Part shown: piece by piece, positions 27,595 to 38,102 of the stretch
How positions within the stretch are numbered: position 1 is the first letter of the stretch
How the letters are laid out: each line of letters starts with the position of its first letter
NCBI GenBank assembly: GCA_002773395.1
Contig: PFBI01000006.1
Location: 335,860-399,859 of the forward strand
DNA length: 64,000 bases
Direction of reading: 5' to 3'
Origin: Candidatus Kaiserbacteria bacterium CG10_big_fil_rev_8_21_14_0_10_47_16
Lineage (GTDB): Bacteria > Patescibacteriota > Minisyncoccia > Phycocordibacterales > UBA918
The notes under the pieces: model-generated
Seen by the model: the letters and a program-made list of their open reading frames with translations, nothing else
Databases searched by the model: none
What the model was told of the DNA's origin: nothing
Position numbers and translations under genes: made by a program

Positions 27595-29411
27595 GTGTTT
27601 TTGATTTTCTAAAAAAGAAGCCCGCAGCGCCGCAACCACCTTCTGATGGTACGCCAACAGATATTTCCGCAGGCACCGGTATGAATATCCCTGATATTAT
27701 TGCGCCTGCTGCAATCAGTATCAACCCGCAAAGTCTCAATGTGAGCGGACGTCTTTCGCGCGTCTTCTTTGCAGTGTCATACCCACGATATCTCAATGAC
27801 GGCTGGCTCGAACCAATCCTCAACCTCTCACGCGAGATGGATATTTCTATTGTGGTACACCCGATCAACACAGCAGATACGCTGAAGAAATTCCAAAAGA
27901 AAGTTGCCGAGGTACAGAGCCAAATTGCTGACCGTGAAGGACGTGGGCAAGTGCGTGATCCACAACTTGAGGCGGCATACCGAAACCTCGAAGACCTCCG
28001 TGACAAGCTCCAACAAGCAGAAGAGAAGCTCTTTGACGTTGGTTTCTATATTGCAATTTACGGCGACACTGAGGCAGAGCTCAGCAAAACGGAAACGGAA
28101 ATTAAAAGTATTCTTGACGCCCGTCTCGTCTACATTAAGCCGGCAGTATTCCAGCAGGAACAAGGGTTCCGAAGTATTTTGCCAACTGCGCGCGATGAGC
28201 TTTTGGTACACAACAAGTTTAATTCGTCACCGCTCTCAAGCTTTTTCCCATTCACCTCATTCGACCTCACGTCTGACACGGGGATTCTCTACGGCATCAA
28301 CCGCCACAACTCATCACTCGTTCTCTTTGATCGATTCTCACTTGCCAACTACAACTCAGTGACCTTTGCAACCTCTGGTGCAGGGAAGTCATACGCAGTA
28401 AAGCTCGAGATTCTTCGGTCAATGATGTTTGGGACGGAGGTGATTGTCATCGACCCTGAACACGAGTACGAGTACCTCGCAGAAGCAACCGGCGGACGGT
28501 TCTTTAATATTTCACTTTCTTCAGACCACCATATCAATCCGTTCGATCTTCCGATGCCACAGGCAGATGAGAACCCTGAAGATGTTCTCCGTTCACATAT
28601 CATCGAGCTCGTTGGCCTCTTTAAACTCATGCTTGGTGGACTTACGCCTGAAGAAGACGCCTTGATCGATCAAGCGCTTCGCGAAACGTACGCCCTCAAA
28701 GACATTACCGGAGCCTCTGATTTCTCGAGCCTTGAACCACCACTTCTGTCTGACTTCGAAATGGTACTCGCGGGAATGGAGGGGAGTAGTTCACTCCTCA
28801 GTCGTCTCTCAAAGTACACCACGGGTACATGGGCAGGTTTCATGAATAAGCCCACAAACGTAGATATCAACCAGAAGTTTATTGTGTTCTCTCTCCGCGA
28901 CATGGAAGAGGAACTCAAGAGTATTGCGATGTATATTGTGACAAACCACATTTGGGGAGCTATCCGCCGAGAACTTAAAAAGAGACTCCTCGTTATTGAC
29001 GAGGCATGGTGGATGCTCAAACAAGAGAGCACTGCAGAATTCCTTCACGGCATTGCAAAGCGCGGTCGCAAGTACTACCTCGGTCTCGCAACAATTACAC
29101 AGGACGTGGACGATTTCTTGCGCTCACCATACGGTGTCCCAATGATCACCAACTCCTCGATGCAGCTTTTGATGAAGCAGTCGCCGACGGCGATCGATAC
29201 CCTCCAGCAAGTGTTCAATCTCACCGACGAGGAGAAGTATTTGCTCCTTGAGTCAGGAGTGGGGGAGGGGATATTCTTTGCAGGACTCAAGCATGTGGCT
29301 ATTAAGGTGATCGCTTCTTACACTGAAGACCAGATCATCACCTCCGATCCATCGCAGCTGCTCCAAATAAAGGCAGCCCGACAAGAGTTTCAGAATGCGG
29401 CAGGACACTAG
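27591..29411 (+). CDS. VirB4-like ATPase
   Basis: ATSGAGKS Walker A, IDPEHEY, VIDEAW, RGRKY, ITQDV. Confidence 0.93.
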   Translation: MSVFDFLKKKPAAPQPPSDGTPTDISAGTGMNIPDIIAPAAISINPQSLNVSGRLSRVFFAVSYPRYLNDGWLEPILNLSREMDISIVVHPINTADTLKKFQKKVAEVQSQIADREGRGQVRDPQLEAAYRNLEDLRDKLQQAEEKLFDVGFYIAIYGDTEAELSKTETEIKSILDARLVYIKPAVFQQEQGFRSILPTARDELLVHNKFNSSPLSSFFPFTSFDLTSDTGILYGINRHNSSLVLFDRFSLANYNSVTFATSGAGKSYAVKLEILRSMMFGTEVIVIDPEHEYEYLAEATGGRFFNISLSSDHHINPFDLPMPQADENPEDVLRSHIIELVGLFKLMLGGLTPEEDALIDQALRETYALKDITGASDFSSLEPPLLSDFEMVLAGMEGSSSLLSRLSKYTTGTWAGFMNKPTNVDINQKFIVFSLRDMEEELKSIAMYIVTNHIWGAIRRELKKRLLVIDEAWWMLKQESTAEFLHGIAKRGRKYYLGLATITQDVDDFLRSPYGVPMITNSSMQLLMKQSPTAIDTLQQVFNLTDEEKYLLLESGVGEGIFFAGLKHVAIKVIASYTEDQIITSDPSQLLQIKAARQEFQNAAGH

Positions 29412-29461
29412 GTGTCCTGTTTTGCTTTTTTATTTGGTCTCTTTCCCTTTATACTGTGTCT

Positions 29462-30235
29462 ATGGCTCGTGAATCAGCAGAACGTATTGAAGCAAATGAT
29501 TCATTTCCTTCTACGCGGGTACAAAATGCCCAAGCAGTTTCTTCGAGCCGCCAGACTGTCCACTCTGACTTCGCACAAAGCAAGAGCTTGCAGGCGAAGG
29601 TCCACGAGCAACGTTTCAATAAACCAAAGGCAGCGAATGATAACTTCTCGCAAGCTGCAAATGACAACAGTCCATCACTGACGCAACGTGTACTGCGTCG
29701 TGATGCAAAAGAGGACATTGAGGAACAATCGCTTGCCGGCACCATTCTCTCTACTGGGAAAGCTGCGAAGGGAACGGCTATCGCAGCCGAACGTGTTGCT
29801 GCAACCGCTGTGCTTCTTTACTCCATCGCTGCAATCACATACGTGTTTATATTTATATTTGGCGTTATTGCGCTTGGTCTGATCTACGCAGGAACGTCAT
29901 CAGTTCTTGGAGTCAGTCTTGACGGTGTCGTAAAAGGGGCGACGACCGTGCTCTCGTGGTTTGGTTTGGGTGATGGCGGTGTTGGGGTTAGTGATATTGG
30001 GGGCGTACTGTGGGCCTTCGCTGTGCTTTTTGCTTTTATTGGGTATCTCGTTATTGGAGTTATAGCCACCTTTACACTCCGCACCAACTTCCTTGATTCC
30101 TCTGAGTTCTTTCTTGTGACCGTAGTGACACTTGGAGCAAGTATGGCGCCCGTTTCACAGCTCTTTCCATGGATTGCCGTATGGGTGTTCTATATCCAAG
30201 CAACCACTATTACGAAAGCACTGAAAAAGAGGTAG
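29462..30235 (+). CDS. Hypothetical membrane protein
   Basis: Charged N-terminus with two AANDN motifs, then several TMs ending LFPW. Confidence 0.7.
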   Translation: MARESAERIEANDSFPSTRVQNAQAVSSSRQTVHSDFAQSKSLQAKVHEQRFNKPKAANDNFSQAANDNSPSLTQRVLRRDAKEDIEEQSLAGTILSTGKAAKGTAIAAERVAATAVLLYSIAAITYVFIFIFGVIALGLIYAGTSSVLGVSLDGVVKGATTVLSWFGLGDGGVGVSDIGGVLWAFAVLFAFIGYLVIGVIATFTLRTNFLDSSEFFLVTVVTLGASMAPVSQLFPWIAVWVFYIQATTITKALKKR

Positions 30236-30290
30236 GGCTTTCCTCACATGCCAGCGTATCGCGCGCATAGTGCATGGTAAGCTATATGAT

Positions 30291-31274
30291 ATGAAGAGTG
30301 TATCGATTACCTCCACACTTATTGCTGTCTTTTTTGTATGTGTATGCAGTTTCTTCCTTGTTTTTGCAGGATATGTACACGCGCAGTCTTTTGCTGACGA
30401 AGCATCACTTGAAGTGTCCCCACGCACCCCCGCTCCATTTAGTACAGTGACAGTTTCTCTTAATGCGTACACCCTCGATACCGTTGGCGCTTCTATACGG
30501 TGGTATATAGATGGCACTGAATCTACGAATGTGCGCAATGAGCGTGCAATCACGCTCATTGCGAAGGATCTTGGAGAGGCAACCGTTGTACGCGCCACAC
30601 TCACACTCGCAAGTGGAGTACCGCTTACCGTCTCAACGACCATCGTACCGACATCCATTGATCTTATTATTGAAGCAGATACATTGGTGCCGAGTTTCTA
30701 TAAAGGACGTGCTCTTCCTGTGAGCGGTGCGCCGCTTACATTAATAGCTATCCCACACGATGGTAGTAATAAAGGACCAGGGTCTTATTCATACTCATGG
30801 AAGTTAGGAGAAGATATACTCTTTGGTGGTTCTGTTATGGGGAAATATCGCATCACCACTACAATGCCGCAATACTCACGACCACTCGTTGTTACTGTTT
30901 ATGATTCAACAGGGAAGACAGTTGGGAGTGCTGCGGTCAATCTTGAGCCTGTGAGTCCAGAGCTATACTTCTACGAAACAAATCCTCTCCGCGGACTTTC
31001 AGAGCGTGCGGTAAATGGTTCGTACACACTCATTGGTGACGAAGTCACCATGCGCGCTGAGCCATACTTCATGACTGCAAATATCTTTTCGCAAAGTCCG
31101 CTTATCGCGTGGACGATTGACGGTCGCGAAGTAGCGACCAACGAGACCGACTCCGGCTCAATCACGCTGCGACGAGAGGGTGGAAGCGGTTCTGCTAATA
31201 TCGGTTTCCGTCTTTCGAACCAAGCACAATTCTTACAGCATGTGACCGGTTCATTTAATTTGAGTTTTCAATAA
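30291..31274 (+). CDS. Secreted Ig-like beta-sandwich protein
   Basis: Signal peptide; repeated beta-rich units (IRWYIDG, YSWKLG, IAWTIDG); VPSFYKGRALP. Confidence 0.75.
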   Translation: MKSVSITSTLIAVFFVCVCSFFLVFAGYVHAQSFADEASLEVSPRTPAPFSTVTVSLNAYTLDTVGASIRWYIDGTESTNVRNERAITLIAKDLGEATVVRATLTLASGVPLTVSTTIVPTSIDLIIEADTLVPSFYKGRALPVSGAPLTLIAIPHDGSNKGPGSYSYSWKLGEDILFGGSVMGKYRITTTMPQYSRPLVVTVYDSTGKTVGSAAVNLEPVSPELYFYETNPLRGLSERAVNGSYTLIGDEVTMRAEPYFMTANIFSQSPLIAWTIDGREVATNETDSGSITLRREGGSGSANIGFRLSNQAQFLQHVTGSFNLSFQ

Positions 31275-31277
31275 TAT

Positions 31278-32240
31278 ATGACGTACGCTACTCGTAACAT
31301 TCTGTACATAACACTCTCTGCACTCTTCACATTCTTTGTCTGTGCATCGTATGCCCTTGCTGCAGCAGATCCGTACGTACCACTCGTAGGAATCCCAGGG
31401 GTTGAGACCACGGGTAAAGCAGGTCTCACTACGTACCTCAATCAGCTCTTTATTCTCACCATTATTGGAGGGGCGCTCATCGCAGTGGTGAAGATATCAA
31501 TCGCTGGCTTTAAGTGGATGATGACTGATAGTATGTCAACCAAAGGTGACGCACGTGCAGATATTACCGGAGCGCTTCTTGGACTTGGTATTCTTCTCGC
31601 AACCTACGTGGTACTCAACACCATCAACCCTGACCTCACACGTTTGGACGTCCTTAGAAACGCTCCCGCGACATCGTATATCACACCGCAGAATTCAAAT
31701 GGCGGCACTGGCGCTGCCGCAAGCGCGGGTGTTCCACAAACAATAGACTCCGTGACCGTAAGTAGTGACAAGTCTCAAGCGGAAGCTTTGGCAGAGGCCC
31801 AAACCGCTGCCACCTCTGGTGATGCTGCAGCAGAATGCCGAGCAAAGGGGGCGACACCTCGAATTAAACCAGTGTTGGGGGATAATTACCAAGTAACTGC
31901 CAATGATATTATCTGCCCAACAGCAGCCTCCGACAGCGGGAGCAAGGGATATTCCGGACCGAATGCAAAAGCTGACGCAGACGCTTCCGTTGCTGCCTGT
32001 AACGAGGCTAATGGGAAAGGTTCCTCTGCTCAACAGCTGTGGGGAAATGAGGCCTCATACGTAGTGACGTGCGATTGGGATGTAATCGCACAAAACTTCT
32101 CAACCAAAACCACCGCTGAAGCCGCGGTCAAAACATGTACAACTGCAGGAAGGGCCGCAGAAGTTAAAACAGCTGGATTCTTTTCTTCTGGATACACGGC
32201 AAACTGTTCGAGTTTGACCGGCGAGTGGCCACCAAAATAA
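31278..32240 (+). CDS. TrbC/VirB2-like pilin with Cys-rich C-terminal extension
   Basis: YVPLVGIPG...AGFKWM...ITGALLGLGILLATYVVLNTINP. Confidence 0.8.
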   Translation: MTYATRNILYITLSALFTFFVCASYALAAADPYVPLVGIPGVETTGKAGLTTYLNQLFILTIIGGALIAVVKISIAGFKWMMTDSMSTKGDARADITGALLGLGILLATYVVLNTINPDLTRLDVLRNAPATSYITPQNSNGGTGAAASAGVPQTIDSVTVSSDKSQAEALAEAQTAATSGDAAAECRAKGATPRIKPVLGDNYQVTANDIICPTAASDSGSKGYSGPNAKADADASVAACNEANGKGSSAQQLWGNEASYVVTCDWDVIAQNFSTKTTAEAAVKTCTTAGRAAEVKTAGFFSSGYTANCSSLTGEWPPK

Positions 32241-32243
32241 TTT

Positions 32244-33473
32244 ATGAAAAAAACTCTCATCATCACTATTGGCGTTCTCATCCTCATTCTTGTCGTGGGG
32301 GTATGGGCTTACCTCTTTATGTTTGGAACACCAAAGAGCACCGGTGAAGTATTTGCAAACTTTGGACTCGGGAACAATGATGCAGTAACCACTCCAACGA
32401 CAACCAATGACGGCACCTCGCTCCCGATAAGTGATTCGGTATTTAACAATGTTATCGAAGCGCGAACATTCCAACAACTCACCACGAAGCCAGTGGCAGG
32501 AATGACCTTTGTCGGAAGTACGACTATTCGGTACATGGAGCAGGGGACAGGGTACATATTTGATATTGATACAGAAACAGGCACCGAGCGACAAGTTGTC
32601 GGCAACACCTTCACAAAGGTGCGTAGTGCGGTCTTCTCGCTCGATGGTACATCAGTTGCACTCACACGCGATGAAGGACGTGCATCACGTATCACAGTAG
32701 GAACCATTGTGGAGGGCGAGGGAAGGGACACACTCCGAAGCGTTAATCTCCCGCTTGGATCATCCGAGCCCCACTTTAGTACCACTGCCACAAGCACCTT
32801 CAACTATCTCTACACCACAGCTGCTGGTGGGACGGGCCACGCGTACAACGTACTGACAGGGAACGACAGTGTCCTCTTCACCATTCCGTTTACGTCTGCA
32901 CACATCCTTTGGGGTACCCACACCTATGTGTACACAAAACCAACCGCTGAGCTTGCGGGGTATGTGTACGAAATAAAGAACGGGTCACTTGGTTTCGTAA
33001 CGAACGGTGGTACCGGGCTTATGGCGACAGCATATGCTGGCGGAGTGATCACAACGCTCTCAAACAGTCCAACAATGTTTTCTAGCGTCAACCCACAAAG
33101 TGGTGGTGATTCTTCCACACTTCCTGTTTCAGTTATCCCTGAGAAATGTACGTTCTTGGACCGTATACCCAATGAGCTTGTCTGCGCTGTACCCGCAACT
33201 CTCCCGGATGATGCCACCTACCCGGATGATTGGTATAAGGGGGTGATTTCATTTGCTGACCGGTTTTGGTTAATTGATACAGCGAACGGAAGTGCCCGGT
33301 TAGTTGCTGATCCGACCGCTGACGCTGGTCGAGACGTTGACGTTCTCAAACTTGAGGTAAACGGTGAGGGAACACAGTTCCTCTTCATTAACAAAAATGA
33401 CAACACGCTTTGGCTTCTCAATTTGACTGACACCAGTTTTGTCCCCGAAGACACCGCTACTACTGAAAACTAA
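32244..33473 (+). CDS. Membrane-anchored beta-propeller-like protein
   Basis: N-terminal TM; PEKC, CAVP, PDDWYKG, LFINKND motifs. Confidence 0.75.
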   Translation: MKKTLIITIGVLILILVVGVWAYLFMFGTPKSTGEVFANFGLGNNDAVTTPTTTNDGTSLPISDSVFNNVIEARTFQQLTTKPVAGMTFVGSTTIRYMEQGTGYIFDIDTETGTERQVVGNTFTKVRSAVFSLDGTSVALTRDEGRASRITVGTIVEGEGRDTLRSVNLPLGSSEPHFSTTATSTFNYLYTTAAGGTGHAYNVLTGNDSVLFTIPFTSAHILWGTHTYVYTKPTAELAGYVYEIKNGSLGFVTNGGTGLMATAYAGGVITTLSNSPTMFSSVNPQSGGDSSTLPVSVIPEKCTFLDRIPNELVCAVPATLPDDATYPDDWYKGVISFADRFWLIDTANGSARLVADPTADAGRDVDVLKLEVNGEGTQFLFINKNDNTLWLLNLTDTSFVPEDTATTEN

Positions 33474-33518
33474 TTGGCTACTATAAAAATAACCGGTGCC
33501 CATGGGCACCGGTTATTT

Positions 33519-34283
33519 TTATATTTGTTTTTCAAGTTCTTCTGGGAGCACATGTGGATGCCGTTTCCGAACGACGTACTCTTGTGCAATACCGAAGATG
33601 TTACTAACTGCGAAGTAGAGAGCTATAGCTGCTGAGATTGTATACCCAATCACAAAGATAATGATTGGCATACCGTACTTCATTTGTATCTGCATACTGC
33701 GACTGAAATCATCTTTGAAGTTTGGTGTCGCATCTTTTTCGCGAGGTTTCAGTGGTGGGAGTGACATCTTCATAAGGACGTACTGTGAGAGACCTGCGAT
33801 GAGCGCGATCGGGAAACTCTTTGCAGCCATATCAACAGCACCGAGAAAGAGCATCGATGCTGTTTCTGGGTTTGGAATAAAACTATAAAGGATTGCGGTG
33901 TTGATTTCAGGCAAGTGTACGCCTCCACCACGTGCTACTGAGAAGTAGAGCGCAATAATGATTGGGATTTGGATAAACAGAAGGAGAATACTTGAGAAAG
34001 GATTTACGCCCGCTTTCTTGTAAAGCTCCATCATGTGCTTCGCCAGTTCTTCGCGCTTATCTTTGTACTTCTCTTGTATCCGTTTGAGTTCCGGTTCAAT
34101 AAGTCTCATTGCACGCTGTGTATGCGCAGCCTTCATTGAGAGAGGGAGGAGTACCGTCTTTACCACAATAGTGGTGAAGACAATCGCAAGTCCTATATCT
34201 CCTCCGGGTACGACGTCAATAAAAAAGACAAGGATGTTATATACAGGATCAAAGAATATGGTGTGCCAAAGATTTAAAAACAT
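33519..34283 (-). CDS. yidC: Membrane protein insertase YidC
   Basis: MELYKKAGVNP...IQIPI...ALYF; lies next to rnpA. Confidence 0.95.
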   Translation of the reverse strand: MFLNLWHTIFFDPVYNILVFFIDVVPGGDIGLAIVFTTIVVKTVLLPLSMKAAHTQRAMRLIEPELKRIQEKYKDKREELAKHMMELYKKAGVNPFSSILLLFIQIPIIIALYFSVARGGGVHLPEINTAILYSFIPNPETASMLFLGAVDMAAKSFPIALIAGLSQYVLMKMSLPPLKPREKDATPNFKDDFSRSMQIQMKYGMPIIIFVIGYTISAAIALYFAVSNIFGIAQEYVVRKRHPHVLPEELEKQI

Positions 34284-34295
34284 AAGGTCTACAGT

Positions 34296-34628
34296 CTATC
34301 GTGTATTCTGTATTCTTCCAACCGCAGCAGACACCGCATGACTGAGATCCTCATACGAAGCGCCAACTGCATCCTTCTTTAAAAGAATAATGCAGACACC
34401 GGTGCGTGCCTGTGCTCGCGCGAGGCGACGCAAGATGTCATACACCTGCCGCCTGATTTTGTTCCGCTTTACCGCAGACTTAAGTATCTTCTTTGGTACT
34501 ACAACTGCACCATGGAATGCATTGTGCGGGGCACACACAAGGGTAAAGAGGGGAGTGTGGAGGCGTTTCCCCGACGCAAAAAAGCGATCAAAATCGCTTT
34601 TTGTGAGACGTTCAGTCTTCGCGAGCAT
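34296..34628 (-). CDS. rnpA: Ribonuclease P protein component
   Basis: KK..SAVKRNKIRR motif. Confidence 0.92.
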   Translation of the reverse strand: MLAKTERLTKSDFDRFFASGKRLHTPLFTLVCAPHNAFHGAVVVPKKILKSAVKRNKIRRQVYDILRRLARAQARTGVCIILLKKDAVGASYEDLSHAVSAAVGRIQNTR

Positions 34629-34636
34629 GTGTATTA

Positions 34637-34774
34637 TTATACACTGAGTTTTGCTCGTCCTTTTCGTCTACGTGACTGGAGGATTTTTGACCCTGACTTC
34701 GTGCCGCTTCGCACAAGGAAACCGTGCGTTGTTGCGCGTTTTCGTTTCTTTGGCTGATACGTTCGTTTTGGCAT
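34637..34774 (-). CDS. rpmH: 50S ribosomal protein L34 (below ORF-track cutoff)
   Basis: [45 protein letters not shown] read manually. Confidence 0.95.
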   Translation of the reverse strand: MPKRTYQPKKRKRATTHGFLVRSGTKSGSKILQSRRRKGRAKLSV

Positions 34775-34879
34775 ACTGGTTCGTTATGTGAGAGTGCACT
34801 GTACACCATATAATAAACAAAATCAAGATACTCACCAGCCCTCCACTCTTTGACTTTTTAAGTCATTGACAGTTACCGC

Positions 34880-34960
34880 AATTTAGAGCTCTCCACAGGT
34901 TGTACACAGGTAGACAAACAATATCCCCACAAACACTGCGTATTTGTGGAAAACGTTTAC
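34880..34960. promoter_or_regulatory. Degenerate DnaA boxes upstream of dnaA
   Basis: CTCTCCACA, TTGTACACA, ATCCCCACA and TGTGGAAAA. Confidence 0.6.
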
Positions 34961-35012
34961 ACATCTTGAGAGACCGGTATAATGCTTTCTATCGCTTGAA
35001 TGTTCTATCTCT

Positions 35013-36395
35013 ATGGATTCACTTACACAATCATCTCGCAGTATCGTTCAGACACAGCAAATTGATGTTAAGCAGCTCTGGGACGACACTCTCGTCCAGA
35101 TTGAGCTTTCCATTACCGCTGCCAACTTCAAAACATGGTTTCGTGACACACATATTGTGTCTCTCGAGGACGGAACAGTGACCCTTGGCGTCCCCAGTGT
35201 CTTTGTGCGCGACTGGCTTGCTGATAAGTTCCAATCGCTCATCTTGAAAACCCTCCGTGACCTCACTCCACACGTTCGAAGTATCGAATACGCGGTGGTG
35301 CAACGCTCAAGTAAGAAGTTTGAGTCAAGTAAGAAGCAAACAGTAAACGCAACCCTGCCCCTTGAGGAGTACTACATCAACAAGAACGACAACCTCAACC
35401 CGAAGTATCTTTTCGAAACGTTTGTTGTCGGCCCATTCAACGAACTTGCGCATGCTGCTGCAAAAGCCGTGTGTGAAAAGCCGGGGATTGTGTACAACCC
35501 ACTCTTTATTTATGGAAAAACAGGCCACGGGAAGACACACCTTATCCAAGCGGTAGGGAACCAACTAAAACGAAATGGCCGAAGTGTGTTCTATGTCACC
35601 AGTGAGCGGTTTGCGGTGGATTATATGAACTCTCTCCAGAGTGGTACCGCAAATAACTTCAAAAATAAGTACCGCCAGTACGATGTGCTTATCATGGACG
35701 ACGTGCAGTTCCTCTCAAGTAAGGAAAAGACGCAGGAAGAACTCTTCCACCTCTTCAACGCAATGCACGACAACAACAAACAGATTGTGTTCTCAAGTGA
35801 TACGCACCCAGCACTACTCTCAGGGCTCCAGGAACGTCTCCAGTCACGTTTTGCACAAGGAATGATTGTAGACATCCCGCAGCCTGACAGTGAGTCTCGT
35901 GCGTCGATTATTCAATCAAAGACTGCACGCAGTAATATCACGCTTGAGAATGACGTTATCACCTTCCTTGCGACGACTATTGAGGGGAACATCCGGGAGC
36001 TTGAGGGTGCGCTCAACATTGTAATGTGCCAAACACAGGTGACTGGACGAACACTTTCACTCGATGAGGTTGTCGCGCTCATGAAAAACAGCGCGCGCCC
36101 ACGACGATCACTCGCGGTATCTGATGTTGTTGATAAAGTCGCACGATACTTTGATGTCGAACCATCTAGTATCTACGAAAAAACGCGGCGAAAGGAGATT
36201 GTGAAGCCTCGACAGCTCATTATGTACATTCTCCGAGAAGATTTTGCGGTCTCATACCCATCTATCGGCCAAAAGCTTGGTGGGCGTGACCACACAACCG
36301 TCATCCACTCATGTGAAAAGATTAAGCGTGAGGTGTTGGAAGGGAATGATGATTTGGTAGAAGAAATTGCTCAAATTCGAGCGCTTCTCCAATAA
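35013..36395 (+). CDS. dnaA: Chromosomal replication initiator DnaA
   Basis: YNPLFIYGKTGHGKTHL, DDVQF, NIRELEGAL, GGRDHTTV. Confidence 0.98.
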   Translation: MDSLTQSSRSIVQTQQIDVKQLWDDTLVQIELSITAANFKTWFRDTHIVSLEDGTVTLGVPSVFVRDWLADKFQSLILKTLRDLTPHVRSIEYAVVQRSSKKFESSKKQTVNATLPLEEYYINKNDNLNPKYLFETFVVGPFNELAHAAAKAVCEKPGIVYNPLFIYGKTGHGKTHLIQAVGNQLKRNGRSVFYVTSERFAVDYMNSLQSGTANNFKNKYRQYDVLIMDDVQFLSSKEKTQEELFHLFNAMHDNNKQIVFSSDTHPALLSGLQERLQSRFAQGMIVDIPQPDSESRASIIQSKTARSNITLENDVITFLATTIEGNIRELEGALNIVMCQTQVTGRTLSLDEVVALMKNSARPRRSLAVSDVVDKVARYFDVEPSSIYEKTRRKEIVKPRQLIMYILREDFAVSYPSIGQKLGGRDHTTVIHSCEKIKREVLEGNDDLVEEIAQIRALLQ

Positions 36396-36439
36396 AAACA
36401 GCGTGTCTACGCTGTTTTTATAAGCCCTCGAAACCCCTG

Positions 36440-36721
36440 TGTACTACCTGTGAATATCGATGGTAAAATCACTGTGGAAGACTCGGTATGAATGTGTGTA
36501 TAAACGACAAATAATTTACACTTATGCACACATATACACCGACAGCCCAAATAGGTAGAGTATATGCACACCAATGTGAGGGTGAGTACACAGTTTTTCT
36601 TTCAGAGTGTTGATGAGATAAAGGTGAAGGTATACGGTAAAATTGGTTTATACACCTATCCACACTCCTAATAGGGAATAGTGGTTTTAGAAAAAATAAA
36701 TAATAAGAACAGTTATGCACA
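36440..36721. other. Candidate oriC (dnaA-dnaN intergenic region)
   Basis: Several DnaA-box-like 9-mers (TGTGTATAA, TTATGCACA twice, TTATACACC, CTATCCACA) and an AT-rich tract before dnaN. Confidence 0.7.
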
Positions 36722-37803
36722 TCACGGTCGACCATATAAAACTCCAAAATCTTCTCGAAAGAGTTGCACGAGTGAGTACAAAACACCTCACACTCCCTGC
36801 GCTCCAATGTGTACTTCTTGATGTAAAAGAAAACACCCTCACTATTCGCGCAACAAATCTAGAGATAGGTATTGAAGGCACTATTGCAGTTGATGTAAAA
36901 GAAGAGGGAACAGTGAGTGTTATTGCGCAAACGTTTTTACAAATTGTTTCACTTATTTCACAAAAAGACGTAACACTTCACACAGAAGGTGATGTGCTTA
37001 TTGTGGAGACAAAAACATCACGCACAACAATCCATACAATTACTGCACAAGATTTCCCTCATATCCCAAAAGTGGAAGGGAAAGGACAGGTTATTAAAGG
37101 AACTATTTTTGCAAATGCAGTAAAGACGGCAGCGTTTGCTGCGTCACAGTCGTCTATTAAGCCAGAACTCGGCTCAGTGTATGTATTTCAAAAGAAGGAA
37201 CACACACTTACCTGTGTTGCGACAGACTCCTTCCGATTGGTAGAAAAAACAGTTTCCCAACAAAATGTTGTTCTTGAAGAGGGAATACTTATTCCCGCGA
37301 AGAATGCACTTGAACTCGCGCGACTCTGTGATTCCCAAGATGACGACCCAATGTTGTACATAACAGAGAATCAATGTGCGTTGCAGTTTGAGAACATCTA
37401 TATCACATCACGGCTTACGTCAGGAACCTTCCCTGACTACGCTCAGATCATTCCTAAGGAGTTTGTGAGCCATAGTACACTCCTTACCCAAGACCTGCAG
37501 AATGCGCTCAAGAAGACGAGTATATTCCTTAATAAGTTCATGCAGCTTACGATCGCGGCGTCAGCGCAAAATCTCACCCTTACCTCAAAAGGTGATGTAG
37601 GGACAACAACTGAGAAAACACCCGCAAGTCTTGAGGGGGATGAAATCTCCTTAAACTTCAACCAACGATATATCGCAGATATTTTAGGGTACATCACCGA
37701 CGAAAGTATAACGATTCACTTTGCAGGGACGGGGCGACCGATCATTATTGAAAGTGTGCACGATAAGTCACTCCGGTATTTGGTAATGCCAATGAATAAG
37801 TAG
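36715..37803 (+). CDS. dnaN: DNA polymerase III beta clamp
   Basis: ATNLE, ATDSFRL, FPDY..IIP, YLVMPM. Confidence 0.97.
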   Translation: MHITVDHIKLQNLLERVARVSTKHLTLPALQCVLLDVKENTLTIRATNLEIGIEGTIAVDVKEEGTVSVIAQTFLQIVSLISQKDVTLHTEGDVLIVETKTSRTTIHTITAQDFPHIPKVEGKGQVIKGTIFANAVKTAAFAASQSSIKPELGSVYVFQKKEHTLTCVATDSFRLVEKTVSQQNVVLEEGILIPAKNALELARLCDSQDDDPMLYITENQCALQFENIYITSRLTSGTFPDYAQIIPKEFVSHSTLLTQDLQNALKKTSIFLNKFMQLTIAASAQNLTLTSKGDVGTTTEKTPASLEGDEISLNFNQRYIADILGYITDESITIHFAGTGRPIIIESVHDKSLRYLVMPMNK

Positions 37804-37817
37804 TAGCTTCAGGTTAT

Positions 37818-38102
37818 ATGCGAGGAGGTGGAATCAAAAAAGTAGCCGATCTCTTTGAGACGTATCGGACACGGCTTAAAGCGCCGCAGAAAACTGTCAT
37901 AAACACCTTTACAGAGGTTGTGAGTGACGTGTGCGGCTTTTCTCTGCGTACGAGTGACGTTTCCTACACACCGTCCTCAAAAACACTCTCGCTTAAAGCA
38001 GCGGGGCCTCTCAAAACAGAGATTCTACTGCGCAAACAAGAACTCCTTATTCATATGAAGGGACGCCTTGGTGCATCGAGTGCACCAAATGAGATTATTT
38101 AG
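37818..38102 (+). CDS. DciA/DUF721-like protein
   Basis: Size, position after dnaN and TLSL...LKTEILLRKQELL pattern. Confidence 0.55.
   Translation: MRGGGIKKVADLFETYRTRLKAPQKTVINTFTEVVSDVCGFSLRTSDVSYTPSSKTLSLKAAGPLKTEILLRKQELLIHMKGRLGASSAPNEII

Noticed and set aside
20600-33473. Integrative conjugative element (recombinase plus VirB4 cluster)
   Set aside because: The recombinase is XerC/D-like, no relaxase, coupling protein or att repeats are visible, and the flanks are core genes
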